From: Botryllus schlosseri
Taxonomy: Eukaryota
Reading direction: 5' to 3'
DNA: 64,000 nucleotides
NCBI GenBank assembly: GCA_051294905.1
Contig: CM119372.1
Location: 13,952,001-14,016,000 of the forward strand
The position numbers and the translations under genes are program-made. The notes beneath the pieces are model-generated. The model ran no database searches, was not told where the DNA came from, and saw only the letters and a program-made list of their open reading frames with translations. Numbering within the stretch: the stretch's first letter is position 1; the number at the start of each line of letters is the position of its first letter. Shown here one piece after another: positions 12,353-25,110 of the stretch.

Positions 12353-14924
12353 CAGACATGGGGTGATTACTTCACGAATGTAATCGATTGCGATTACGAT
12401 TACTTGTGAATCCCGCGATTACGATTACGATTACGATTACAGCAAAATCAGGAAGCAGTCGATTACGATTACGATTACATTTCAAAAGTAATCACGATTA
12501 CTCACGATTACATTTGGTTTTGCTTCTTAGAACTAATTTCAGAAGATATATTGGAAGACAATATAAGGCTTGCGATGAAAAGGTCTAATGAGATAACACT
12601 TTCTTTATATATCCTACGTCATTTGCTTGCTACGTCATAATGTACCAATTGCCCAACTCTATGCAGGACTATTCGTCGCACCCAACGATCTGCATACTTG
12701 CCAGGCTCGTAACTGCCACACGCCAAACTCCCCAATAGGACCGGGAGCGAGCGCTAAGGGGACTCAAAAGTATTTCGTAAATCAACATAAATTATCATCG
12801 AGTATTTTCAAGAGAGTTAATTAACTTGAAAATTTTCTTCGAGCTTCGGGATTTAATGTATCTAAATAGCTTGATTTTGAAATGCATACCTATCCCCCTC
12901 AAGAAAAAAAAGCATGCATAATTTATAGGAATAGGCATTTCGGTGGCGGTCTTTACCCCGCCCCGACACACCAAAAGACGTATGCAATTCCAGACAACAT
13001 GCAACTCCACAAAGTGTGCTACCAAAGAATGACCTTGGCCAAAACTTTGGGTATGTGTCAATTGTCAGTGGCCGCGCTCTGTGGGCGTGACGAATAGTCC
13101 GGTCCTTCCAATCTGAGCCCGATTAATGCAAATGCCAACCGGGGCACTCAGAGGCATGAAGGCATGACAATTTGTGTGTGCGTCACACGAAAGTTTTTAT
13201 TTTAGTGTGCTACGTTTGGGCGACTACAGTATCTTTTGATAAAAGACGTGAGGTCACGAAATAACAACATACAATAAAGTAATTATAACAACGTACCAAG
13301 TGCTATAATTAGGAATTACGTGCCCCCAGCTCTACCGGTAAATCTGAATGAATAGCAATATAATTCAATTACCAATATTATTGACGAAATTCAGTCATCA
13401 ACATGAAAACTGACCATCCTATGGAGCCCCAATACCTAGGGTTGTAATGACTCGAGTCGTGATTTTTTGGTGACTAGACTTGACTTGAGTCATTTTTTCA
13501 AATACGTAAATTGACTCAACTCGAGTCAATTTTTGTATTGTCTCGACTTGTACTCGAGTCATTTTGCATGACTCGAACCAAGTCACATTACTCGAGACTA
13601 GAACAGCCAAGACAGACATTCGATGTAACTTCGAAGAATAGTAAAGTGACCACATTATTTGTATTTCGTCTATCAGTCCTGATACTTGGAAATAGGGCCA
13701 TAAACTGTGAAAAATGATGAAAATTACTATATTATGAATACGAGCCATTATATATCACTAGAGCAGAGATGAAACAAGCGGGTTGAACCGGATTGATCTG
13801 AAAACTGATCTGTGAATATAACGACTTGGACTCGTACTCGAGTCAAACACTATGACTCAGACTCGACCCTATACTAACTGATTTGGACTCGGACGTGACT
13901 CGGGGGTTAATTGAAAATGACTCGACTTGACTCGAGTCAAAACTATCAAAGTGAGATTGACTTGTGACTCGGAACATTGTGATGTGGTTACAACCCTACC
14001 AATACCAACGTTTGGAGTGGAGGACGAATTACTGTTTTGGTCCTGATTGTACCTACAACCCACACTAACATTGTGTACAAGCGGATGGCCATATGGCGAC
14101 ATGTATAAATGTAGAGTGAATAATTGTGAAATAACGGTTGTTGCCCGTTTCAAGTAGAGTCCTATGAGAATAAGATAAAGTGAACTTAAAATTCTACCTT
14201 CCACTTAATACAGATAGCCTACTGCAAGCTGCCGTTACGAGAAACGGCAAATAACGGCTCGGTTACGATATATATCAGCAGCTGTTGATTTAAATCATCG
14301 TAATGTATTTTATTTGACGAGTACAAAATTTCAAATCTTTGTCCGGTGTACGTACAAATACATACGTATGCTACATACATAAGCCTACTGCTCGCCAAGC
14401 AGCAACGGTCAAACTGCGTCTAAGCATAACCAAACATCAATGCATAAGTTACTATTTGAAACTAGGCAGACTGGTGATTATTATCTTGCTGCGAGGTAGT
14501 GGCGTCTGGAGTGTATTGATAACCTGATATACAACATGGCTTACGCTGTTCCAACAATCACACAGCAATGTACATCGAATATATATTTACTACGTGTGGA
14601 TACTTCTTACGCAAGGACGAGCAAAGCTAATACTTCTGACGTAATAATGAGCAGTGGCGTTGGAAAATCAACCGTTACCGGCATCAATAACCTGGTATAA
14701 TATCTCCTCCTTGTTCACGAATGTTCGGTTATGTCATATTCATTGCACAAATAAGAAGGAATCGTTCATTCACAACGAAATCGATTAGATATGTGAAGTA
14801 GTCGATTACGATTACGATTACTTTGGATTTTTTTCGAATGTAATCGATTGCGATTACGATAACTTGAAAATGCTGTAATCGTAGTAATCGATTACGATTA
14901 CTAATCGCGATTACCCCATGTCTG
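12353..14924. mobile_element. hAT-type element with (CGATTA)n subterminal arrays
   Basis: TIR CAGACATGGGGT / ACCCCATGTCTG; perfect TSD ATCCCATG. Confidence 0.9.
13437..13998. mobile_element. hAT-type MITE with GACTCGAGTC subterminal repeats
   Basis: TIR TAGGGTTGTAA / TTACAACCCTA; perfect TSD CCAATACC. Confidence 0.9.
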
Positions 14925-16706
14925 ATCCCATGTAGTGCGTTCGAATTAGTGCATTATTGCTATCATGACGTCACGAATTTTCAATTGTGACGTAGCAGTT
15001 GATTGGCATGTATGGCTCTTTGGGAGTTAAAATGGGGAAAAATAGGGCCAATATGGCTCTTCGCACGAAAAAGGTTCCCGACCCCTGGAGTATATCATTA
15101 GGTGCACTTGGCAATTTGCGAGGTCCGATTCAAAAGTTAGAGGAATTTGCTTTTAATATATGTTCTGGCCGGATCAGAAGGATCATACGTGACCAGGTCA
15201 TGCTATGCCTAGAACTACAGGTCTGGGCTAAATCCAGTAACCGAGTGACACGATTCCGCGTCGAGTAGCCTACTAGGCTTCGTGTCGAGTCGAGTATCCG
15301 ACTAGCGACTACTATTCATTATGCCGTTATAACAGGAGGAAAGACCTTTGATACAGTCGTAAATATAATAATTCCAAAGTTACATCAGTGACCAACTGAC
15401 CATGCCTACCTCGTAGTTATTTGTGAGAATGCCGCGAGTGGATCACTATCTATCAGAAATATCTTCTCCAAGAGCATGGGCGACTTTGTGGCACAAGTTT
15501 CTGATGCGGTGGTGCGACCAATCGAGGTTTCTTGGCTCCCACGGCAGGAAATAGATGTTGAAACGATAATTCTCGTCGATAAAATATCGTTTAGGGACTA
15601 AAGGCGTATACTCGATAACGTCGTCTGTCACAATTCGACTTGAATGTGATTTGATTACATTTGATGCTCGGATCCGATCAGAGCACTTGAATCGCTTTGC
15701 CTAGCCCTGTATGTGTAATTGTATGGCCTTGCTGTACCCGAATCGGAAAGATGCTAGTATATTCGTTAACAGCAAAAGAATTTGTTTGTTGCTATTGCAT
15801 TTTTGTGCGTTATACAAGTGTTGACAAGAAGTCGCAAATTCACATATGAATAGAACCGCTTGGGAAGGCATGATCTTATGGTGTCGTTGTCTGTAGGTTA
15901 GGGTTGTCATATTTTGGGAACAGACAAAGAGAACTATTTTTACAAATCACTAAAGCTAGGCTACCGGACTTGAAAACGGGTGATTTGAAATTTTTTACCG
16001 GAAATCCTATTGTGTTGACTTTAAAAATGGTTATTTTTCCAACTCGACTCCCGAATGACCCGCTCTATAACGTCAACATTACACATTTCGTGTCATTGAC
16101 TACGTTTTCAGCTGTGTCTGTCTAGTGGCCTGGCTGTCAGAGCTATAAAGGAGGACGAATTGCCAAAAATAGGTGTCCTCGGAGGTCCTTTTCGATTTCC
16201 TGAAAATGGAGGAAAAATCCTCCTAAAGGAAGGCACATGGTAACTCATATAAGTAGCCTAGGCCTAGAGTATGCTGTTGCAATACATACTAATATTGCGG
16301 GTCATCCTTGCTGTTGCGCCGAGAGCCCAAGTTTCCATTACAAGTATACTATACATGAGGGTTGGTTCATATTGATGGTGATTCGACATCTTGGTCATTT
16401 TACACCAGAAATATATTATTATATACTGCGCTCTGTGGATTCTGTTCGTTCCTCAGTTCCTTATGTCTGTGCTTGAAAGTGCGTATCTTTGTTTCCTCGG
16501 AATCGATTGTAGCCAAATTGTAGCTATAACGCAATCAAGAAGATTCGTCTATGCCGGCAGTTGGTCTTAACCATTTTGACCTCGCAATATTATCTGAAAA
16601 GGACAAATATTTTGCAGCATCGCAGTTCTCCGAGTGCTCTGAGTGCAATATTTGGTAAAGCGAATGCTAAAAGAAGAAAAAGGGTCATCAACTCATCAAC
16701 CTACAG

Positions 16707-17985
16707 CAGGGGCCGGCAACCTTTTGCATGCTGCGTGCCAAAATGTCAAAAATGCCAAATTTTTACCAGCTTGCGTGCCAAACATTCAATTTATTCATAT
16801 TCATGGTTTCAAGCAAGGAATACCACCAACTGTTTTTCTGCAGCTGGCAACGGCATCCGTTATACGCCAGTGATTCGTGAATTATTGGTCGCGAAGGGAA
16901 TAAATTTTGGTCGCTACCGCACCCGACCTATCGCTTACATGTACGTAATATTTACATAATTTATTTTTAGTCGCGCAATGATAGATCTTCTGTGTCCTTA
17001 AAGGACGCCCAAATGTCCTCTTTTTTGAGAATTTGTCCTCTTTTTGAAAGTGACGGTCCGGCGGGATTTTCGGGAGTTGAGCCAGAAAGTTGAGTTTTTT
17101 TATTTTATTTTTAGTCAACCCATTCCAAAGTCGCAGCAAATTTACCAATTTTTCTGGATTTCACTCGGGTATTGTAAGTCTGGAAATTTTTGAAAGTGTC
17201 CGCTTTTCAGAATCCCTATATCTGGTAACCCTAAGTAAAAATTGTCGTTGCTCCAGATATATTGGAATCGCTTGCCACCAGTCGAAACTAAAAGAATATC
17301 TCCTTCTGAGAGACGAACATGATTCCAAATTCACATTTCAACACGGGGCTCATTATTTACCTCGGCAGGTCGCATTTGATACATGCGGCTCAAGCTGCGG
17401 GCACTGGACTATCCGGCGCCTATGGACAGTGGACACATCAATGTCGAACCTTTAGGCCAGCATTGGGCAGTTATTTTGTTTCAAGGTTTTATCGCCACTT
17501 TATGTCTAGGTCGTGTCTTCTATGAAAATGCCCAGCGTCGGAATGCCGGTTCATAAGTTGAGCTCTCTTAGGCTGCACTGCAGTGAACACTCCTAGACTA
17601 AAGCATCCAAATGGTTTCATACGATATTGGGTTGACGTTCTAACTGATAATAATACGGTTGACTCATTTCTGTACATTATGCATAACTTTTAAAAACATT
17701 TTCTACTGGGGGTTCATTCATTATAACCAAGACATCAGGTCCAATAACTCGCGCGAAGCGCGGAAAATAGTTTCAAGATAAGTAAAATCTGCCCTAAAAG
17801 ACTCTATTTTAAGTTGATTTACGAAATAATTTTTCATCGCCTACGAAATTTGTACATATTGAAAACTTCTGTTTCATCTTTTTGCAAAAACAACGTTAAT
17901 AATTTGCGTGAAATCATTTGGTGTGCCATGAAAAATCATCTCGCGTGCCACATATGGCACGCGTGCCGGGGTTTGCCGACCCCTG
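16707..17985. mobile_element. hAT (Charlie/Buster-like) non-autonomous element
   Basis: CAGGGGCCGGCAA ... TTGCCGACCCCTG; perfect TSD ACCTACAG; GCGTGCCA subterminal motifs. Contains a TAGGGTTACC-family fragment. Confidence 0.88.
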
Positions 17986-20900
17986 ACCTACAGCGTCATG
18001 TCATTATTTGGCCGCAGATTCTGCGACTGTGGTGACTAGAATAAAAATGTCACCTCTTCAGCAAACCTCAATATCACAGCTCAATTGCCTGGTTATGACT
18101 TTTTTCATTTTCAAATGCTGTATCTATGTGGGCGAATTGGCTTTCCACCGCCATTGACGCTAGATCTCCTGTTCTATTCTCGTCAATAACACGTTCCGAA
18201 GCGTAAGGGGTTTCTGGGCTCCTCTTCCCCAACGTCGCTCTCACATCGTCTTCACATAAATGCTCAGGGAAATCACCGACCAAGGACGAGGATGAAAAGA
18301 GTGAGGAAGCCTAAAAAGTATAGATTAAGATCGAACCCTGTTATATCGGGAATTAGGATGAGGTGAATGCCATATTGCAACACGTAGCCTATATTCGTGA
18401 CCGATTCGGCATCATGTCTGTTCATTACATCGCAGCAGTGTGTTTTGTGTAATTTTTGTTTAATGGCACTCGCAGCCATCTTGACCTCTTTTTCTCGCGG
18501 CAGCCTTGAGCAGTCCAATCGACACCCCGGTGGAAAACCACTGGTGTATACACTTCCCTCGAAAGATCACTGGATCCTGACAGGTTGACTTGTAGTACGG
18601 ACCATGTTAGTTCTACACTTTTTGAAAAATATCAAATTTGATGTCGATGAGGAGCCTATAGAATAGATAAACCGCCAACACTTGGTAGGAATTCTTGCTG
18701 TATCGTCGCAGTGAATGTCAAAGCGTCGGTCACAAGCATATATTTTCATGTCAACTTCATTCTGCTCGTTTCTAGTTTCCAACCGGTCAGTGTCAGTGTC
18801 AGTGTCAATGTCACTTTGTCGCATTTGCTATAATGACGCCCGAGGATTTCATTCTTACATCGAATTTCGTTGACGCCCTATAATTAACGTAACCGTTGCG
18901 CTATAATTCATCACATCGCATGAGAATGGCATTTCAAGACTATCGTAATTTGCAAACGTGGCATCGAAAATCGATTCGCAAGCCATTCCATATACTCTCC
19001 ACGCAATTCTGAATCAGTTTTATACTCTTGCTTATTAAGATCATGATATCCCGGGTACAGTTGGCGATGAAACATCAGTAAATGTGGTAGCCTATATGCG
19101 TCGATTTGGACATTTCTTGCAATCACATTTGCGGACGTTCAACATCCCATGGGAGAATATATTGCTATACAGTAGCACGTGGCGATGCATCTCTTGACAT
19201 CGAGACAAAAGCAATGGAGTCATTAATACACGATAGTTGAAATGGGGCTTCACCAAGAAATTCGCTTAATTGAAAGGCTATATATGTTACAACAAGTCAC
19301 CATCTACTCTCATTATATATCATGCTCTAATCTCGCATGTCTGTGGTTCTCAAGATATAATATGGAGTGAAGAAATTCAGAGTAAGTAGTTTAATACCCA
19401 ATACGATTATATTTACAAAATATACTTTAATTGTGCTCTTGTCATGTCACTTAAGATACTCCTTCAGCTATGAGGTCTTATCCAACTCCGAGGAAAAGTG
19501 CCTACAAATAATATAATCAGTATGCGATTAATCTCCGGGAATAAATCTTACTAAAATGTTGCCTCTTCACCCTGTCCCGACTCCAAAATTAACCTCATGA
19601 TAACAAATGCTGTTTCCTTGATAATACCCTTTCACATATACACATTTCGAGTATGTATTTATTGCTCTAAATATATTCCAATAATGTCTACTCGCCTTTC
19701 GCCAATTTTAACTTGTACCTGTCAAATATCTGTGAGTGTTGTATAATACTGACTGCATGGTGTGCGGATAGAATGCATGAAAAGAATTGGGAGTGAAATT
19801 CAAATAGACAGCAACAATATATGACTGACCTCTTTCATTACCCATTGTGTCTATAGTATTTGCCTTTAAGCCGTGTAAAAATCGCTGGACTTATAATGTT
19901 ATCATGTGCAAACAATTATGTTAGCTTCGCAGGCCCGTCAGGCGTCTTCGCAAACCCGGCAAAACCAAAAGTCATTTATCATTCTGCTAACTGTAATTAT
20001 TCCCATTGATCATTGCACGATGCGTCCGACCACAATCGGGTAGAAGAAAGGGCCTTTTTCAATATTGCGATGTGTGCATTGGGACCCACCGCATGCTGAA
20101 TAAATGCCCATTATACTTCGAAACTTCTAAAGCAAACTTTAGGTGATAACTGTGTGGTACTATATTAATTTGCACTGTCCTGTATGCTAAGCGCGTAGAG
20201 CAAATCGACTACTGGCATTTATGGCTATTGATAGAATCCTAGATGTTTGAAATAAATTTTATCTCCTTTTACATTGGTAGTTTGTTACATATAACAGGCC
20301 TATACTCTGGAGTAAAAGAATTATATACGGAGAATCGCTTGTAAAATACTACTTTCATTTCGATTGTGTGTCTCCTCATTCAGTTAACTTCATAATCTTG
20401 GGCCGTGAGATTAGTATTAACTGGAATGCGTGCCTTTGTGATTTTTTTTCAAATATTACAGATGTCAATATGTAATATGGGGATCGTGATTAGACAGAAG
20501 TCTGTATTCATTTGGCACCATTCATCATCCCTTGTATATATCGATGTCGCGTATAGAGGGCCTTCTGTTCGTATGCTGGATGTATTTACGAGATTCGTGT
20601 ATGCGGCGTAATTAGCATATTAATCAAGGCGATTATACTACGCTATTATTCATAATTCTGTTTGGCACTGATAACTTTCGTTGCATCTTCCATATGCCGT
20701 AAATTCAGTGAATGACTGTAGCGGTCTGAATGCATACAGGATAGGCTATAGGTTAGGGGTGGGCAACTTCTCCCCTCCGCTGACCGGTCGTGTATAAATA
20801 AAGTATTGGACAGGTCACTGGGGTCAAAATCTTTCAATAATGAAGTTATGTCCAAATGGAAGACAAAACTGATTACGGACCGCACATCATTCCGTCACTA

Positions 20901-23098
20901 GGCGAGTGTTGCACGACCTGCTAGGGATGATGATGCGCGGTTCCACATGGAGGCAAAGTTTATTGGTATTTAACTCCTTAAGTTATTTGTTATCTCGCAT
21001 GAAAGTCATATTTTATAGGATATAGTAAAATATATAGTGGACATTGCTACACGTTACATGCCAAACAAAGAAGACACGGAAGATATTTATATGTCTCTGC
21101 AAGCTGTTATGTACTAATGATACATTATTCATATATTGCAATTAAATGTTCTAAATTATAAGGATTATTTGCCAAAAATGTGAATGTGACCTTGGTACTA
21201 AAGGCTATGATATCGGCATATTGCCGATATATGCCCAACACGTGTATTCGGAACTTGAAATATACGGACTTCGGACATCCAAAATTAATTGTTTGAAATA
21301 ATTAATTCGAACATAACTATTTTTTATGAAACTTGTTGAAGATAAAAAAGCAAACTGAATTTCGTACAGACATACTTATCTGGTCGAGTATCATGTTGCA
21401 GCAATCCGCATCGCATATAATTACATGGTCGCTTATAATGGCTGCGTTTCAATCTGAATGCGACGTCCGTCTGGCGTGACATATCTGCGGCTGTCAACTG
21501 ACGATATCGTCAGGCCATTTGTTGATGTATCTTGCCGCCGAGACAAAATGGCCGCTCACTCGACACCGGAATATTCACGACTTGTGATATCTTGTCGTTG
21601 ATTGCTTGGGACGAGCGATCTTATCTCGCGTGTGATTCAATGGTTTCCACTCGTCGCCGTTGTCGGATATAGTTTCGGCCGGAGTATAATATATGTACGG
21701 CGTACGGGCCAACCACTTTCGCATTTGAGTCGATTTCCCTACCTTTTCTGGCTTATCGTAGCCATTGTTACTTGACAGAATGATAAATTTCCTTTCTTTA
21801 CCTAGTGCTTATTGATTTGTTAGGCACTGGAGGTTGCTTTTCAGCGATATGCGGGCCACTGCTACATGAATCATGAACCCGTATATTTGATGTTGGGTGT
21901 GCACTGTCACATTGGTGTCACAAATTAGTGGTTCTGTAGTATTTGAGGAAAGATATGATGTGCCAGGGTCATATTAACATTTCACACCTTATTTCATAAT
22001 GCCCAAAGGTATTCAAATAACGGAGAAGCGGTTATCGTCGACACTTTCGGGGCAGGAGATTTGTGGTCGATCCTAAAGTTGAGCCGCAACTATAAAATTT
22101 CCATTTATAATAATTCTAATGTATATGCTATACGCCATCGAACATATAAAATATAATATTTTACCAAATAGGTTGACTTTAACATTCTCGGGAAAATTAC
22201 GATTGCATTGCGCACTCCAGCACTTCACTGTTTGTTTGCTTCCAGCATTCCGACAGACAACGTGGCGGGCGAAGAGTAACATTGTAGCTATTTATCGCCG
22301 TTGAAGTAAATCTGAGTACATGGCGTAAGTACTTCCCTTATCAAAGCTGCGTGCACGATTGTTTTTGTTTTGGTAGTCAGAAACTAATACCGTCCAACAC
22401 AATCTGGCATTGTGTCCAATATTAAAATAATTTGGGGCACTAATATGTAACAGCATTACGTCTATCAGAGATCGATTCAATGCGCAGTTGCGCACTCTCT
22501 ATGACTGTTTTTTGTTCTCCACTTGTATTGCAAGCGAACGGCTGGAGTAAAATTGCTAATGTTGAGTAACATACATACTATATTCACTGTGATCGATCGT
22601 AATAGATAATGCCTCTGGCAAAGCTGGGATCTGTTGCCGTGGTTCTTAACCGGCTGAGTCTATACGGATTAATTTCAATTATATGAGTATGCTAGCTTAT
22701 CAACTAATCTACATTAAAATCTATGTAAATTTTACATCAAATATCTACATTTAATTCAGAAAGCGTAACTTTCTTCCGATTATCTTGAAATCTTGTTTTG
22801 TTCAAGCCCTATAGTTTGCGGAGTAAAATCAGCCGGCGAGTAAGTGATACTATATATTTCATATATGGCTCCATAGACAAAACGAAGGGTATGTCCCGAG
22901 AAAACCTCAAACCCCAACTTCCAATAAAGCCATTATTTTAGCAGGAACAAGGTCAAGCCTCGATTGCATGCGCTCGTTGCTGCCGATAGGGCGTCTTGGC
23001 GATTGAGCGGGGGACTCCAGGATTTTAGATATAGATATACAGTTATCGGATTAAAGAAAAAGCGGTAACTCTGAATTATAACACATGCATGCCTATAA

Positions 23099-23354
23099 AG
23101 AGAGAGAGAGATATGATATTCTTTTTCGCCTGCTGCACCATCGAGATGCTTTGACGACGGAGTTGCGATACGGCCCCAAGAGGTCATCTAGTCTGCGCCC
23201 CCGTTTTTTTTCTCCTCCCTGCCATCCGTGAGCGCCTAGCAGGATAGCTGCGGATACCAATTTTCGAGTCTTTGGTATGACCCGGCCGGGGATCGAACCC
23301 ACGACCTACCGCTCGAGAAGCCGGACGCATAACCATTACACTATCTCGCTCGGT
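23099..23354 (-). mobile_element. tRNA-derived SINE with (TC)n tail
   Basis: Minus-strand head with A-box-like TAGTGTAATGG and B-box GGTTCGATCCC; body GGGTCATACCAAAGACT...; microsatellite tail. A partial relative lies at about 51618-51690 (+). Confidence 0.85.
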
Positions 23355-24509
23355 TGTCAATGCGCTAACCGTCGCTAAACACAGACACATCACCCACCAA
23401 TGAATACCTGCAGAGGAGCACTTCTTCGAAGACGTGTTAAAGATGTTTCGTGAGGAAATAGTGATTGTCTAAAACTTGAAAACGGTTACCTACGCATAAT
23501 TAATGTACTCTGCTCATTGCCCAGGCATCATGGGAAATTTTTGAACACACGTGATGACGATGCTGATGATGACAATTGCGTATCACTTATATATCTGCGG
23601 GTACACAAACAAACCCCCACTTTTATGGGTCTCCTGATACCACTTTACGATATCGTTTATTAATTGGTCTTGTAGGGATGAATGATTATTTCATGGTTTG
23701 TACACTCACGAAACCATACAGATGTCAGATACTTGACATAATCCAGGGTATGTGGCAATGTAAAAAACCATTCGTTTCAGCATAGGAAATTCCGTACTAT
23801 TGTTTTCAATGTACAGCTGTACTGCACATAACGAAAAAGCACATGCAATTAGCATTGCTTCAAGGACAAATCGAAGCATACACAGAAAATGAAGGTGTGG
23901 AATATCTTAATATTCCAGTAGATAAGTAGATTAATGGGACATATAGTGATCGAAGTCGGGGCGAATGCTGGACGCTGGAAAATGTCAACAAATATGCACG
24001 GGTAATTATTTCCAGCACTCATCCGGATGGTAATATATGGCGAGAAAAGTTTAAATCGTTATTGTTTACTGTACACATAAACTTTCTGGGCCGTTGTTGA
24101 TTTTAATGAGTCGACGGCGGCCTTGCGGTGAACCTGTATCAACGCTTGCACTCGAGAAATATATTAATGGTTCACACCTGGTGACAATAAATCCATATGG
24201 TATTGAAATCAACCCCAACGTTTGAAAGTATGTCTTTTTGTAGCGGATTCAGTACATAAGCACCATGTTGTTGGCTAAGTCTGTTGAGCCGTACTGATAA
24301 CAAAATGACTCGTCACGCTCCATTACTCGATGCACAACGGCGCTGTACTTTACCAATTTCAGAGTTTTGTGAATTATGTTTATATGCTTATACCTGCGAA
24401 CAATGAAACACTTTGTTTCCTGATTTGCTATGTCCAGAGCAAGATTAGAGAAACTTTGTCGTGGAGTCCGTGTGCTGTGTTGCATTGCGTCCTGCCTTTT
24501 ATTGGTTAC

Positions 24510-24665
24510 CAGTGATTTCGGAACTTGGTGACCCCTAATCCTAATCCTAGCCCATTCCTTCCCTACGACGTAACCCCAACCCCTAACCTAACCATAAAAC
24601 AAAACTCCAATACATTATTGGTGCATACATACCAAGTGCCGAAATGACCAAGTGCCGTATATCAC
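24510..24665. repeat. Short inverted-repeat element with a degenerate (TAACCC)n core
   Basis: ATTTCGGAACTTGGT ... ACCAAGTGCCGAAAT flanks CCTAAT/CCTAAC units. A related copy lies at about 40590-40710. Confidence 0.55.
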
Positions 24666-25081
24666 ATTTCACGTTGATAAATTCAGTGAAATCTTCCTTT
24701 TCAAATCTATTAATACATTATATTGATGCATCTCTTTAGTAGTTATTACATTTTTAATTCTAAATTCAACATGCCGAATTAACCAAGCGTCGAAATCTCT
24801 GATAAGACGGGTATGTTTCTCGGCAAGCAGTTTGACTTCTACGGCTAAACGCGCAATATATATCTTGCATTGCATGATTTCTTTCCGAGCATTTTGTCTC
24901 GTCGTTGCGACTAAGAATATTATAATTTCTGTCATTCACACAGTCGGTGCCTCTGATTGTTATTGCTCTAATTTCACCGGGACTTTTATAGACCGTGTAG
25001 CGCCCCGCGGTTGATAATCAGTTACCGTAACGAAAACAATGGGGTTCATAAAAGTCACCCCCGTCACGAATGTTACTAAGT

Positions 25082-25110
25082 CTGTCAATCTTTCGGTCAC
25101 AGGAGGGTCA
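25082..25110. promoter_or_regulatory. Candidate composite Pbx/Meis site plus DR5 retinoic-acid response element
   Basis: CTGTCAATCT (AGATTGACAG on the minus strand) lies 2 bp from CGGTCA-cagga-GGGTCA in TE-free sequence. Motif match only. Confidence 0.35.

Larger units (their letters stand above)
11595..15087. mobile_element. hAT (Charlie/Buster-like) non-autonomous element, outer shell of a nest
   Basis: CAGTGGTCGGGAACC ... GGTTCCCGACCCCTG with TATGGCTC subterminal repeats at both ends; TSD degraded. Confidence 0.75.

Noticed and set aside
18050..18830. Coding-looking stretch that might be exons of a second gene
   Set aside because: No frame I read gave a recognisable motif or consistent splice phases; BLASTX would be needed.
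23280..23354. tRNA gene (also 59205-59275)
   Set aside because: A and B boxes are present but I could not build a convincing cloverleaf, and the heads run into repeated SINE bodies with microsatellite tails.
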